A stretch of 64,000 nucleotides of DNA from Ichthyobacteriaceae bacterium (GCA_023145615.1 JAGLDK010000008.1:9837-73836), one strand, 5' to 3'; positions 20,318-31,990 are shown, numbered from the stretch's first letter. Program-made: numbers and translations. The notes: generated from the letters alone by a model not told the origin.

Positions 20318-21397
20318 CTAATATTTCAACAAATCTGCAATAATTCTTTCGGCTGTTTTACCATCCCAAAGGTTTGGTATTGAACCTTTTTTCCATTTTC
20401 CTTTCTGAAGTTTTTCCATATACGGAGCCACATTATCAGGATTAGTACCTACTAATTCGTTAGTTCCAATAGTTATAGTTTCTGGGCGTTCGGTATTATC
20501 TCTAAGTGTCATACACGGCACATTCATAACTGTAGTTTCCTCAGTAATTCCTCCCGAATCTGTTACCACAGCAAAAGCATTTTTCACTAAATAGTTAAAT
20601 TCTAAATAACCCAAAGGCTCAATCATGTGCAAATTATCGGCTTTAATACCAATATTGTCAAGCATTTTTGCAGTACGTGGATGCACCGGAAAAATAATAT
20701 TTTTATCTCCTGCACCTTTTACTATTTCATCAATAAGCTCTTTTAGCTTTTCCTCTTCATCAACATTTGCCGGACGATGAAGCGTCATAACAAAATATTC
20801 TTTTTCTTTAAGTCCAAGCTCATCAAAAACTTCAGGCTTATTAAATTTTGGCATATTTTTCAACAAAGTATCAATCATAGTATTTCCAACATACCTGATT
20901 TTACTTTCATCATGCCCTAATTTTCTTAGGTTATCGTTTGCCACCTCCGATGTGGTATAAAAAACATCGGTAATAGCATCGGTAGCCATTCTATTAATTT
21001 CTTCAGGCATAGTTAAATCGTTCGATCTAATTCCTCCTTCAACATGAATTACTCCAACATTAAGTTTTTTTGCAGCAATACTACAAGCCATTGTTGATGT
21101 TACATCTCCAACTACCAAAACCCAATCTGCCATATCTTCCATCAACAAAGCTTCGTAGCGTTCCATTATTCTACCCGTTTGCTCCGACTGTGTGCCCGAT
21201 CCCACTTCTAAATTAAAATGTGGTTCGGGTATGCCAAGTTGCTCAAAAAAACTACCCGACATTTTTTTGTCGTAATGCTGCCCAGTATGTATTAATCTAT
21301 ATTTAATTTTATCCGATACTTTATCTAGCTCAGCAATAATTGGTGCTATTTTCATAAAGTTAGGTCGGGCACCTGCAATAATGTCAAGTTTCATCAT
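20318..21397 (-). CDS. wecB: UDP-N-acetylglucosamine 2-epimerase (non-hydrolysing)
   Basis: GARPNFMK, HTGQHYD, HVEGGIRS, PEEINR, TDSGG..EE and TERP motifs. Confidence 0.92.
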   Translation of the reverse strand: MMKLDIIAGARPNFMKIAPIIAELDKVSDKIKYRLIHTGQHYDKKMSGSFFEQLGIPEPHFNLEVGSGTQSEQTGRIMERYEALLMEDMADWVLVVGDVTSTMACSIAAKKLNVGVIHVEGGIRSNDLTMPEEINRMATDAITDVFYTTSEVANDNLRKLGHDESKIRYVGNTMIDTLLKNMPKFNKPEVFDELGLKEKEYFVMTLHRPANVDEEEKLKELIDEIVKGAGDKNIIFPVHPRTAKMLDNIGIKADNLHMIEPLGYLEFNYLVKNAFAVVTDSGGITEETTVMNVPCMTLRDNTERPETITIGTNELVGTNPDNVAPYMEKLQKGKWKKGSIPNLWDGKTAERIIADLLKY

Positions 21398-21529
21398 TCT
21401 TATATTTTTTTGGTGATTCTTTTAAATTTATATTTAGCTTAAGCGGTTACTTAATAAATATTTAATAAACGCTAAAATGCAATAGGTTAAGAAATCTTTT
21501 TTTGCCTTTGTAGCGTTAAAAACAACCAA

Positions 21530-22813
21530 CTACTGTTTTTCTAAACTAGGAGATAAATCAGGCTGATAGTTAACAACTTTGCTCTCAATTTTTGCTAAAT
21601 ACTTATTTGCCAAAACAGTTCTATCAAAATATTTTTTAGCATAATCATAACCATTTTCACCCATTTCTGGCAATTGCTCTTTATTATCAATACACCATCT
21701 TATTTTTTCGGTAATATCCATTGTATTTTCAGGTTCGGCATAAACTCCACATTTTGCAGTTTCAACTAACTCTCTCGACACACCATCAATCAACAATAAT
21801 ATTGGACGTTTACACGACATATAATCGAAAGTTTTGTTTGAGTAAATTGTTTTAAAAGTATCTACTTTTTTCAATACAGAAGCTCCCATATCCGAAGCCA
21901 AAATATATTTAAACACATCGGCTTTAGCCACCGAATCAACAAACACAATATTGTTTAAACCTCGTTTTTCAACCTCATCAATTAGTTCTTGTTTTTTCAT
22001 TCCGGCTCCAATAAGCTGAAATACTAAATTTGTATCCTGAAGTTTTTCGGCCACATCAATCAACTGAATTAAATGGTTTGCAACTCCATGTGCTCCAACA
22101 TATGTAACTACAAATTTATCGGCAAAACCAAGTTCTTTTTTAAACTCTTGACTATTAAAATCGGAAGATGTAATTTTTTCTGACAAAGTAAAATCGGCAG
22201 CATTTGGTATAAATATTACCTTTTCGGCTGGAACTCCTTTTTCGTTTATTAATTTATCTCTGAAAGCTGGAGTTAATACATTTATTAAATCGGCTTTTTT
22301 ATAAATAAAACTCTCAAATTTATAAGCCCATTTTATAATAGTTTTATTAGTTAACACTCCTGTATCAATAGCCGACTCGGGCCATAAATCTCTGATTTCG
22401 AAAATCATTGGGAGTTTTTTAAATACCGAAACAACATAAGCTGTAATTCCAACTGTTAAAGGTGGAGATGTTACAACAATGGCATCAAACTTACCATCAA
22501 TTTTAAATAATGCTGCAAAAATACTTGAGTATACAAACGAAAAATAGGCCCATAAACGTCCAATAAAACTAACGTTGTACGATTCTGACACATAACATCT
22601 CATAACGTCAACATTGGGGTAAAAGTTTTTTTCGAAATGAAATGCTTTACCACTATACTTTTCTAACCTTTTACCAGTTGCATAATGCATCATTCCTGCC
22701 AAAACAGTTACTTTGTGACCTTTATCGGCCCAAGTTTGAGTCATTTCATTGAACCGAGATCCTCCACTATCATTCTTCTCAAGAAAGTAAAGGTGTATTA
22801 ATAATATATTCAT
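21530..22813 (-). CDS. GT4 glycosyltransferase (WbuB-like)
   Basis: TSPPL, FEIRDLWPES, YVGAHG and K.FDYM motifs of GT4 WbuB-like enzymes. Confidence 0.9.
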   Translation of the reverse strand: MNILLIHLYFLEKNDSGGSRFNEMTQTWADKGHKVTVLAGMMHYATGKRLEKYSGKAFHFEKNFYPNVDVMRCYVSESYNVSFIGRLWAYFSFVYSSIFAALFKIDGKFDAIVVTSPPLTVGITAYVVSVFKKLPMIFEIRDLWPESAIDTGVLTNKTIIKWAYKFESFIYKKADLINVLTPAFRDKLINEKGVPAEKVIFIPNAADFTLSEKITSSDFNSQEFKKELGFADKFVVTYVGAHGVANHLIQLIDVAEKLQDTNLVFQLIGAGMKKQELIDEVEKRGLNNIVFVDSVAKADVFKYILASDMGASVLKKVDTFKTIYSNKTFDYMSCKRPILLLIDGVSRELVETAKCGVYAEPENTMDITEKIRWCIDNKEQLPEMGENGYDYAKKYFDRTVLANKYLAKIESKVVNYQPDLSPSLEKQ

Positions 22814-23214
22814 ATCCTAACCAGATTTAAAGTTCTACTGAATTAGGTAAGCTTTGGGAGCTTAAGTTGTTGTGGTTTTTACTGAAAAATACAATTTAAG
22901 TAATACTTAATTTTTAACTATTAATGGTTAATTAACAATTTTTACAAACTCGTTAAAATTTGCAAACAAATATTTTACATTAATACTAAATAGAGGTTTT
23001 AAATATATAGGGGAGGGAATTTTATTACTACTTTTTTTCAATACTCTAAATTACATAATTTATCAGTTTATCTACTAAACAACCGATTTTATGATTGTTT
23101 TAATCGTTCAATTTACCACTCGTTATTAACAAAATAAAATAAAAGATAAATTAGCTTTTATTTTGAATAAGTACCTTCAATTAAAAGCTAATTTATTATT
23201 ATTAATTAAACAAT

Positions 23215-25116
23215 TTAACGCAGTGTTTTAAAATCAACTATCTCAATATTAGTTTCTATAAGCCTGTTATTGGTTTCGAAAGTTAATTGCTGATATTCTG
23301 TTTTCTCTCCATATTTTTCAGAAAACCATCCTTTAGTATATTTCTTTTCCAAAGCTTTTCCATCAAAACCAAAAGCCTGAACTAACACTCTATCATCATT
23401 TAAATATTCGTTTAATATATTCCAATGCTGTACAATTGGAAGATCTCCTTTATAGCCCGAAATTTCATCAATGATTTTCCATTTCAGAGCATTCTTAAAT
23501 TTTATTACAGTTCTGGAATGAACTATATTTTTACCCAAATTAGCAAAAGCACTAATCTTTCCTTTAAACTCAAAAGTAGAATCGGTTTCGGTAACTTTTC
23601 TATCAAAAGATTTAGTCCAGAAATAATATATAAACCTACCCCCTTTTACCATCTGATTATTATTACCAATTGTAATGGTATTATGCCCAGTTGTACCATG
23701 ATAAAAATTCAAATACTCATTATTAGTATTGTACTTATAAGTACCCGGATCGAAAACTATATTTACACCATTACTCCAAATATCTAAATTCAAAGCATCG
23801 GCCTGAGCCGGTCTATCTTTATAAGTACCACACCTAATTGTGGTTAAATTTGTATCATCTCTAAAACCATAAAATCCACCAAAATCATACTCTAAAATAT
23901 TTTTTTGCTGATTTACAACTTTACAAACCACCTGCCCCGAATCTCCGTACCATCTCGAATCTTCAAACTTTTTATTATACAATTCCAGTCCAAGCACATT
24001 TGCCAAAGCTTGTAATTGAGGCTTATAATTTCTGTAATTATTATTATTAAGCGGAAAAAATAATGCACCATCATTCATGCCATAATTTGGCAACCAACCA
24101 TTGGTGTTTTCTTGCTGATTTCTTAAAAACTCAACAGTCATTTTTGCTCTATCGTAAACCACATCCGATAATTTTTGCTGATTTAGTTCCGATATTTTTA
24201 TTGCCCACGTTAAAAGCTGAACAACTACCCTATGATAATTATGAGAAAACTGTAAAAAACTACCATCCTCATAAATTTGATATTCAACTTCTTGCTCAAA
24301 CCATTTTTTACCATCATAACTCCATTTTTCGGCATCAGGAATAAATGGAAATAATATACCCGACAAAAACAAAGTCATAGTTTCGGTAATGGCATGATTA
24401 TTTCTCACAGCTATTCTCGAAAAATCAATATTATTATAAACATGATGCAATTGCCAATAAATATGATTCATTATTTTTTGAAACAACTCATCATTTAAAT
24501 TTTTCGAATTTTTAAAATACCTCAAAGCAAAAGTCCAGTTAAGTACACGCAAACTTATTTCCTGAGAACATTTATAATTAGGACCTTTGTTAATAGGGTT
24601 ATTATTAATAAAACTTTCTATTTCGGAAAACACAAATTCCGATTGATCAATACCCGAATATAAATCGTAACGTATAAAAGTATATAGCCACGAAAACCTC
24701 GACTTTTCCCAAACATATTTTATATCTCCTGCCTCTTTTGATAAATCAGCAATTTCCGACCAATGTTTATTTATATCATACTCGTAATTGGTTTCCGGAT
24801 TGGTAATCCAGTTATAATTAGTACCCAAATTAAATTTAACCGATGAAAAAAAAGTAAACACACCTTTTTTCATCTCCTCAATTTTTTCTTCCGATACAGT
24901 TTCATTACAATTAAACGACAACTTTTCTTTCGAATCGAAAAAGAACGGGATTTTCAATTCTCTCCATTCATCTAAGCTTATAAAAGTTTTAAAGTTGGTA
25001 TTAGTTGGAAACTTACTTTTCAACAATCCAAGCTTCGATTCTAAAGTATATTTGGCTCTAAAAGCCGAATACCTCAACCCCATATTACCAACAAGGTTTA
25101 TATATTTTGATATCAT
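23215..25116 (-). CDS. Heparinase II/III-like protein (WeeF-like)
   Basis: DIKYVWEKSRF, NNH...E, EQ....DG...S.NYHR and DPGTY.Y...HNT motifs. Confidence 0.85.
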   Translation of the reverse strand: MISKYINLVGNMGLRYSAFRAKYTLESKLGLLKSKFPTNTNFKTFISLDEWRELKIPFFFDSKEKLSFNCNETVSEEKIEEMKKGVFTFFSSVKFNLGTNYNWITNPETNYEYDINKHWSEIADLSKEAGDIKYVWEKSRFSWLYTFIRYDLYSGIDQSEFVFSEIESFINNNPINKGPNYKCSQEISLRVLNWTFALRYFKNSKNLNDELFQKIMNHIYWQLHHVYNNIDFSRIAVRNNHAITETMTLFLSGILFPFIPDAEKWSYDGKKWFEQEVEYQIYEDGSFLQFSHNYHRVVVQLLTWAIKISELNQQKLSDVVYDRAKMTVEFLRNQQENTNGWLPNYGMNDGALFFPLNNNNYRNYKPQLQALANVLGLELYNKKFEDSRWYGDSGQVVCKVVNQQKNILEYDFGGFYGFRDDTNLTTIRCGTYKDRPAQADALNLDIWSNGVNIVFDPGTYKYNTNNEYLNFYHGTTGHNTITIGNNNQMVKGGRFIYYFWTKSFDRKVTETDSTFEFKGKISAFANLGKNIVHSRTVIKFKNALKWKIIDEISGYKGDLPIVQHWNILNEYLNDDRVLVQAFGFDGKALEKKYTKGWFSEKYGEKTEYQQLTFETNNRLIETNIEIVDFKTLR

Positions 25117-25486
25117 AATTAATTATAGGTTAATACAAATTACAAGTTGTTTTATAAAAAAGTGGCTCTTAAAACAGTTATTGATTATACATTTTATAAC
25201 TAAAAAATCTAAAACTGTGGTTCTATCACAAATACTATACTTTTTTTATAATAGTTGAGCTATTAAAACTTTAAATAACTCTGTTTTGTTAGTTAAATAT
25301 AGGCTGATGATAAAATTGACTTTATAGCTAAAGTCAACAATTACAATTCAGTAATAAATCATAAATTTCAACATAAAAAAAACGCAAATACAGCACCGAT
25401 TTTAAATAACCATAATGCAGTATTTACGTATTTTTTTTGTTCATTTTTAAAGTAAGTTAATGCTCTAAAAATGTATTTTATTTATT

Positions 25487-27652
25487 TCAGTTAAAATTAG
25501 CCTTTGTTAACACCGTTGCACCTAAAACTTCTATCTGTGCAACATCAATCCAAGCACCCGATTTTAAACTTTCAATAGCCGCAAAACTTGCTTTAGTAAC
25601 ATTTATCAACTCATCGTAAGGTATAAGCGATACACCTTTACCCGAATTTGCACTATCAACAATTTGCTGAAACTGATTTTTATGACCTTTATCTAAACCT
25701 GTTTTCAGTTTCGAGAACCCTTTAAATCCAAAGCCTTCGGTTTTCATAAAATTATCCATAATCAAAGTCCGTTCCTGACTATAAACCTCAAGTCGTTCTT
25801 TAGAATATGATTTTGCTCCGTTTGCAAAATAATTAATTACCCCTGTCGATCCGTTTTCTAGTTTCAACAAAATAGAGGCACTATCGGTATTTTCTTTTGG
25901 ATTTTCACCCATTGCATTCATACAAACCGACTTAATTTTACTACCCGTTAAATGAACTATTAAATCCATATAATGGCAAGCTTCTCCAATAATTCGTCCG
26001 CCACCAACAGCCATATCATGCACCCAAACATTTGCAGGTATAGCACCAGCATTCATAGTTGCAATAACATTCATTTGGCTATTTCCTAGCAACGATTTCA
26101 TTTTTATAGTATGTGGAGAAAATCGTCTATTAAACCCAATCATTAACGATGCTTCGCTATCGTTATAAGCAGCTTGAATTCTGCCTAAATCAGTAGCATT
26201 TAAGGCCAATGGTTTTTCTACAAAAACATGTTTTCCTTTTCCTAAAGCCTCAATTACCATATCGGCATGAAGGTTATGACGAGTTGTTATCATTACAACA
26301 TCAACATTTTCGTCTTCTAAAACCTTGCTATAATCTGTACTACTTTTAGCAATGCCATGTTTTTTAGCAAGTGCTGTTCCGTTAACTCCTCCTGCCGAAA
26401 CTATATGCTGAATATCGGCATTAGTTTTTTCTAAAGCAGGTAACATTGTCATTTTAGTAAAGTTTCCGGCACCAACAACTGCTATTTTTCCTTTCGATGT
26501 AGAAATTGCTTTTTCAGTTACCTCAACTGTGTAATCAGGTACATTATCTTCTTTATATTTTAGTATTGTAGCTATTGATTTCGAGTTTCCAATATCTCCA
26601 TAAATTTCTTCAAAATTCTCAATATCTATTTCTTCGGTAATTAATTCTTTAACTTTTAATCGTCCTGTAGATATTGAATTCAGTACAGTTTCGAAATTTC
26701 GTTTTTCAGTCCAACGCACAAAAGCCATTGGATAATCTAAACCTTTTTGCTCGTAATTTTCATCGTATCTACCAGGACCATACGAACATGAAACCTGAAA
26801 TGTTAATTCTTTTTCATAAAATTCAGTTCTCGAAAGATTTAATCCAATAACACCAACAAGTACAATTCTACCACGTTTACGACTCATATTTGCCGCATCC
26901 GAAATTATATCGTTACTTTTTGCTGAAGCAGTAATTATAACCGCATCGGCTCCTACTCCATTGGTTTTTCCTTCTACGTATCTAACCGGATTATCTCCTT
27001 TTGCAGGATTAAAAGCTAAAACTCCTTTTTTCTTTGCAACTTCAACTTTGGCATCATCTAAATCGTACCCAATTACAGTACAACCGTTAGCCAAAAGCAT
27101 TTCGGCAGTTAGCAAACCAATTAATCCAAGTCCAATAACTACAACAGTTTCTCCATATTGCGGATTTACAAGTCGTAAACCTTGTAAACCAATTGATCCA
27201 ATTACAGTAAATGCAGCTTCTTCGTCAGTAATATTATCGGGCACATGCGCCACTAAATTCTGAGGAACCGAAACAAACTCGGCATGCTGTCCATTTGATG
27301 CAACCCTATCGCCAACTTTAAAATCTTGCACTCCTTCTCCTACTTCAACTACCCTTCCAACATTACAATACCCCAAAGGCAAAGGTTGCTCTAACTTATT
27401 AAAAACAGTTTCAATAGTTGGCATTAAACCTTCAGATTTAATTTTATCCAAAACCATTTTTACCTTATCAGGCTGCTGACGTGCTTTTTCAATTAAAGAC
27501 GCTTTACCAAATTCTACCAACATACGCTCAGTTCCTAACGAAACTAACGAACGAGTTGTTTTAATTAAAACCTGACCCTTTTTAACAGTAGGACTTGGCA
27601 ACTCTGCCAACTCAGTTTTTCCTGTTTTAAACGATTGTAATATTTGCTTCAT
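25487..27652 (-). CDS. Bi-domain oxidoreductase: Zn-type alcohol dehydrogenase domain plus Gfo/Idh/MocA domain (WeeE-like)
   Basis: SLGTE, PLGY, SYGPGRYD..YE, then GAGNF, HVFVEKP, GFNRRF and GGRIIGEACH. Confidence 0.92.
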   Translation of the reverse strand: MKQILQSFKTGKTELAELPSPTVKKGQVLIKTTRSLVSLGTERMLVEFGKASLIEKARQQPDKVKMVLDKIKSEGLMPTIETVFNKLEQPLPLGYCNVGRVVEVGEGVQDFKVGDRVASNGQHAEFVSVPQNLVAHVPDNITDEEAAFTVIGSIGLQGLRLVNPQYGETVVVIGLGLIGLLTAEMLLANGCTVIGYDLDDAKVEVAKKKGVLAFNPAKGDNPVRYVEGKTNGVGADAVIITASAKSNDIISDAANMSRKRGRIVLVGVIGLNLSRTEFYEKELTFQVSCSYGPGRYDENYEQKGLDYPMAFVRWTEKRNFETVLNSISTGRLKVKELITEEIDIENFEEIYGDIGNSKSIATILKYKEDNVPDYTVEVTEKAISTSKGKIAVVGAGNFTKMTMLPALEKTNADIQHIVSAGGVNGTALAKKHGIAKSSTDYSKVLEDENVDVVMITTRHNLHADMVIEALGKGKHVFVEKPLALNATDLGRIQAAYNDSEASLMIGFNRRFSPHTIKMKSLLGNSQMNVIATMNAGAIPANVWVHDMAVGGGRIIGEACHYMDLIVHLTGSKIKSVCMNAMGENPKENTDSASILLKLENGSTGVINYFANGAKSYSKERLEVYSQERTLIMDNFMKTEGFGFKGFSKLKTGLDKGHKNQFQQIVDSANSGKGVSLIPYDELINVTKASFAAIESLKSGAWIDVAQIEVLGATVLTKANFN

Positions 27653-28093
27653 TTTATGATTATTATTAGGTTATGTCATTTACATTAAATTTATTATCAT
27701 TTTAAAACACTCCATTAAATTAATAATGTGCTATTAGTAGAATGCAATATTCTATTAAATCAACAATAAATTATTACCATAAATAAGAAGAGATTTACTA
27801 ATAAAAGGGGAAGGGATTTACTTATTTTTAAATACTTACATTAAAGTAATAAGTAATATGGTTAAAACAAAAACATTTCGATTAGCGCCCAACTTTTATG
27901 TAAAAACTGAAATATTACAACAGCATCTAAATCGTAATACAACAAAAACACTTTCGAAATAAAAAGCACTCCGAAAAACATAATTACATATATATGAGTA
28001 AATATTAAATTAAAATCTAAAAATGACTTAGAACTCATGAAAATATTTTTTTTTAGTTTACAACACTTATATTTTGTGTTAAAAATAATTATA

Positions 28094-28624
28094 CTACTCT
28101 CTTTTTCTAATTAATTTTGCAGGAACTCCGGCTACAATAGTATTTGCTTCAACATTTTTGGTAACAACACTACCACCAGCAATTACTGCACCATCTCCTA
28201 TTTCAACACCAGCCATAATAGTACAACCAGCACCAACCCAAACGTCTTTACCTATTGTAACTTTTTTTAATTCATGACCCGATTCAAAAATACTTTCTCC
28301 AATTTTTGGTATGTTATGGTTTGCCGAAAAAATCATGGTATTATATCCAATTAAACTTCTATCTCCAATTTCAACCCCACCGCCTGTGGTAATTAAAACA
28401 CCCCAAGCTAAATCTACACCATCGCCAATAACAATATTACTTGCCGGATTTATTTTTATTCCAGGATAAAAAGTAACCCAACTTCCAACTTTTCCTCCTT
28501 GAATTCGTATCCAATTCGATTTTATTAAATTGAAAAGTTTATGACGTGGAAAAGCAAAAATTATTGTTGATATAAATTCGTATGTACTTACTAGTTCATA
28601 TTTTATTAGTTTTCCAATTTTCAT
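28094..28624 (-). CDS. Hexapeptide-repeat O-acyltransferase
   Basis: [16 protein letters not shown] and GVPAK left-handed beta-helix motifs. Confidence 0.9.
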   Translation of the reverse strand: MKIGKLIKYELVSTYEFISTIIFAFPRHKLFNLIKSNWIRIQGGKVGSWVTFYPGIKINPASNIVIGDGVDLAWGVLITTGGGVEIGDRSLIGYNTMIFSANHNIPKIGESIFESGHELKKVTIGKDVWVGAGCTIMAGVEIGDGAVIAGGSVVTKNVEANTIVAGVPAKLIRKRE

Positions 28625-29759
28625 ATTGTTGTTTTATAAAGTTCAACTGAAGTTCTACTTTTTCTTTTGGAGTAGGATAAAGTTCAAGTTCTTTTGCCTG
28701 ACGATTTACTACTTCATCATAAAATTCGGGATTAGATTTAAGTGCAATTATTTTATCGGCAATATCTTTGGCATTATTTCTGTCAACATAAACCGGTATA
28801 TTATTGCAAATTGATTGCGACCACTCTAAATCGGAAATTAATAAAGGCTTTTTAAAATGATACGATTCAATAATATTATTACTAAAACTCTCTAATAAAC
28901 TAAACAATCCAACAGCACTTACCTTACTATATAAATCGGGTATAAATGACGTATCAACATTACCTATTGCATTTATTCCACCATTAACCCCTAAACTTTT
29001 ACATTCCGAAATTAACTTTTGTATATTTTCGTTACTATTATCAACTGTTATTACAAACTCAACATCGTTAATATTTTGTTTTTTAAGCTGATGTAAAACT
29101 TCCGGAATTATTGTAAGATTTTTATTAGGATGCCAACCCGTAAGCATCAATATATTAAACTTGTTGCTATCTATTTTTACTTCATTATTTTCGGAAGTAG
29201 AATACGAGCTTATTGATGGACGTATAAAAGTTGTGCTTTTTACAGGAAACTTAAATAAATTTGAAACTCGATTTTGCATTGCTACATTTTCGAAAATAAT
29301 AGCATCGGCTTTTAATGTTTGCGACAATCTATATTTATCAATAAGTTTCTTTTTTATACTTTCGATTCCTGTTGTAGTATTCCAAAAATTAATTTCCGGA
29401 AAATATATATTTGAGTAAGCACTACCAACAACATTAAATGTTTTAGATGATGTTAACGCTGGTCCGAATAATGTATATATAGTAGATATTTTTTTATCTG
29501 AAATTAATTTTTCAAGCTGTAAAGTTTCGAACTTAATTCTATTAAATAACGAATCTTTAACCGAAAAACACTCAAGTTTTTCGTCAACAACTTTTTTATA
29601 AACCGGAGAATTATCATTACATAAAAAAACGTAATCCTTTTTATTACTTAACTGCCCAATATTTGATATAAAATTAATGGCAACCTGAAGTCCTCCACCT
29701 CTTTTTATTGGTATTAAGTTTATTAATAATTTGTTGTTTTTAATCATAAGTAAATACAA
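28596..29759 (-). CDS. GT4 glycosyltransferase
   Basis: GGG near the N-terminus, HPNKN, and the S..ESFS...IES Ex7E motif. Start probably at the second Met. Confidence 0.85.
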   Translation of the reverse strand: MYLLMIKNNKLLINLIPIKRGGGLQVAINFISNIGQLSNKKDYVFLCNDNSPVYKKVVDEKLECFSVKDSLFNRIKFETLQLEKLISDKKISTIYTLFGPALTSSKTFNVVGSAYSNIYFPEINFWNTTTGIESIKKKLIDKYRLSQTLKADAIIFENVAMQNRVSNLFKFPVKSTTFIRPSISSYSTSENNEVKIDSNKFNILMLTGWHPNKNLTIIPEVLHQLKKQNINDVEFVITVDNSNENIQKLISECKSLGVNGGINAIGNVDTSFIPDLYSKVSAVGLFSLLESFSNNIIESYHFKKPLLISDLEWSQSICNNIPVYVDRNNAKDIADKIIALKSNPEFYDEVVNRQAKELELYPTPKEKVELQLNFIKQQYENWKTNKI

Positions 29760-29811
29760 TATATTAATGTGTATTAAGTATGTGCAGGTTAAAAAACACT
29801 TTATAATGTTT

Positions 29812-31068
29812 TTAGTTTTTCACTTGTTTTATTTTATTATTAACTCTTTTTTTAAAATAATCACTAGGGTAAATTAAGTATGATAATAAATACAAAATAA
29901 CCAATAAGAGTATATATTTATTGCCTCCTTCATTTCCTAAAATAAAGTAGAAAAATCCACTTGCCATAAATTGAGCATAAAATGTATATATTATTATTCT
30001 CCTAAAAAAGTGTAATCGTGGTGCAATTCCTACGTAGTAATCAATTGTTAAATAACTAAATAAAGAAATAAACAACATTAATATTAAACCTCCCGATTTA
30101 TAATAACTTGTTAAAAAAGTTCCGAATTGCCATTCGTAAGGGTTAACTCTTCTACTTAAAGAGGTATTCACTTCATATGAAGTAAACAATTTTTTGAAAA
30201 ATGGAAAACCAGAATCTCCATAATTATATTTCGTCCACCTATTTATTGTTTCATTAAAAATAAATGGTTGCATACCAGCATACCCTACAACTCCTACTTC
30301 AAAAGCAGAAGATCCAGATTTTTTTTGATCAAATCTATCAACAGTTGCAATAGTCAAAAACCCTACCGAAATTACTGAGAACAGAATAAACATACGTTGT
30401 ATGTATTTAACTATCTTCTCTGATAAAAGTTTATAAAACAAAAAATTCACTACTAAAAACGCAATTCCAACAAGTATGAATCCCGTTCTACCCGAAAATG
30501 CTAATACATTAACAATGTATGATATGGCTCCTAAAGCCAAACCCAACTTTATATAAATTGATTTTTTTTGAATTATTGCTACATAAATAAACACTAAAAA
30601 CAAATAATAAAAACGAGCTATAGTGGTTGATATTGTAGTAAAAATACTTTTCGGCAATACTGTTACACCATCCTGAATCAGTCCCTCCCTTATCTCTTTA
30701 GTTCCAGTTACAAGTGATTTAAATGCATGAGGAGACAAATAAACAAAAGCAAAAACACCTGCAATTGAAAAAACAATTAACACAACATCCATTACCCCAT
30801 CTCGAGGTATAATCGATTCAGAAGTTATTGATCTTATTTTTAAAGCAGGAAGTAGGTGAAGTAATATTAATACTGAGTACAAAACAAAAACTAACCATGA
30901 GTCTTGAGTAAAATCATGACTTGGTATTATATGAGATCCTATAAAAAAAGAAAAGATGGTACCAACAAAATATATACCTATAATTACCATTGCCACTTTG
31001 TTTTTTAAATACCTGTAATTATAATAAAACAACAATGATATAAATATGAAAGGAATTATTGCATGCAT
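29812..31068 (-). CDS. wzy: O-antigen/capsule polymerase Wzy
   Basis: About 11 hydrophobic segments, SGRT motif and a periplasmic loop; located among glycosyltransferases near wzx. Confidence 0.75.
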   Translation of the reverse strand: MHAIIPFIFISLLFYYNYRYLKNKVAMVIIGIYFVGTIFSFFIGSHIIPSHDFTQDSWLVFVLYSVLILLHLLPALKIRSITSESIIPRDGVMDVVLIVFSIAGVFAFVYLSPHAFKSLVTGTKEIREGLIQDGVTVLPKSIFTTISTTIARFYYLFLVFIYVAIIQKKSIYIKLGLALGAISYIVNVLAFSGRTGFILVGIAFLVVNFLFYKLLSEKIVKYIQRMFILFSVISVGFLTIATVDRFDQKKSGSSAFEVGVVGYAGMQPFIFNETINRWTKYNYGDSGFPFFKKLFTSYEVNTSLSRRVNPYEWQFGTFLTSYYKSGGLILMLFISLFSYLTIDYYVGIAPRLHFFRRIIIYTFYAQFMASGFFYFILGNEGGNKYILLLVILYLLSYLIYPSDYFKKRVNNKIKQVKN

Positions 31069-31093
31069 AATATGTTATTTAAATTCAACAAAA

Positions 31094-31990
31094 TCAAGTG
31101 TTTTTAAAAACCTGATATAAAGGCAAGTAAACATTACCAAAAAACATAGCTTTTGTTTTTTTATACAATTTGCAAGTAGCAGAATTGTTGGTTGTGTAAG
31201 CTAATTTGTTTATTATCGTTTTAATTTCGAATATTTTTTTGTATTTATATTTAGTATACTTGTTAGCGTTGTCTAAAAAATATCTATACTTATCATATCT
31301 AACAGTATTTTCTGTTTGTTGAGAAATACTTAATTCGTGCAAACGATATACACTTAAGTAATCATCTAAAAACTTAACTTTTTTATTTCCGGCTACTAAT
31401 ACCATTAAAGTTTGATCTCCAGCAAAAACCTTAAAAGCCCAATCAGGCACATTGGTTAATATTGAATTAGATCGGAATAGAAAAGTTGATGTATGAGTGA
31501 AATTTCGAATTAAATAATCTGATAATTCGAAACTTAATTTATTTTTTTGATAAAAGGATCTGTTATCTACTTCTTGCAAGTTGTTATCTCCCGTTTTTGT
31601 ATAATACTTTGATGTAACTATGCTATAAGACTCATTATTATCTAAAAAATCAACTTGTTTTTGAAGTTTTAATGGGTCAATCCAATAATCATCACCTTCG
31701 CATGTTGCAATATATTTTGGATTTGCCAATTGGCATTTCTGAAGATTATAAAACCAATTACCTATTGATCCTTTATTTTTATCAAAATTTTCAAGTTCAA
31801 TTATATCAGGATATTTATTGGCATATTTTTTACAAACTTCAACAGTATTATCTGGAGAGTTATCAACTGTAATGTAAAGTTTAAATTTAAAATTGGTTTT
31901 CTGATTCAACACTCCTTCTATAGCTTCTGATATGTAATTTTCATGATTATACGTTATCATTGAAACTGCAACAACTATATTATCTTCCAT
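31094..31990 (-). CDS. GT2 glycosyltransferase
   Basis: ITYNHENYI..AIEGVL.Q and YIA.CEGDDYW.DP.KLQKQV motifs. Confidence 0.92.
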   Translation of the reverse strand: MEDNIVVAVSMITYNHENYISEAIEGVLNQKTNFKFKLYITVDNSPDNTVEVCKKYANKYPDIIELENFDKNKGSIGNWFYNLQKCQLANPKYIATCEGDDYWIDPLKLQKQVDFLDNNESYSIVTSKYYTKTGDNNLQEVDNRSFYQKNKLSFELSDYLIRNFTHTSTFLFRSNSILTNVPDWAFKVFAGDQTLMVLVAGNKKVKFLDDYLSVYRLHELSISQQTENTVRYDKYRYFLDNANKYTKYKYKKIFEIKTIINKLAYTTNNSATCKLYKKTKAMFFGNVYLPLYQVFKNT

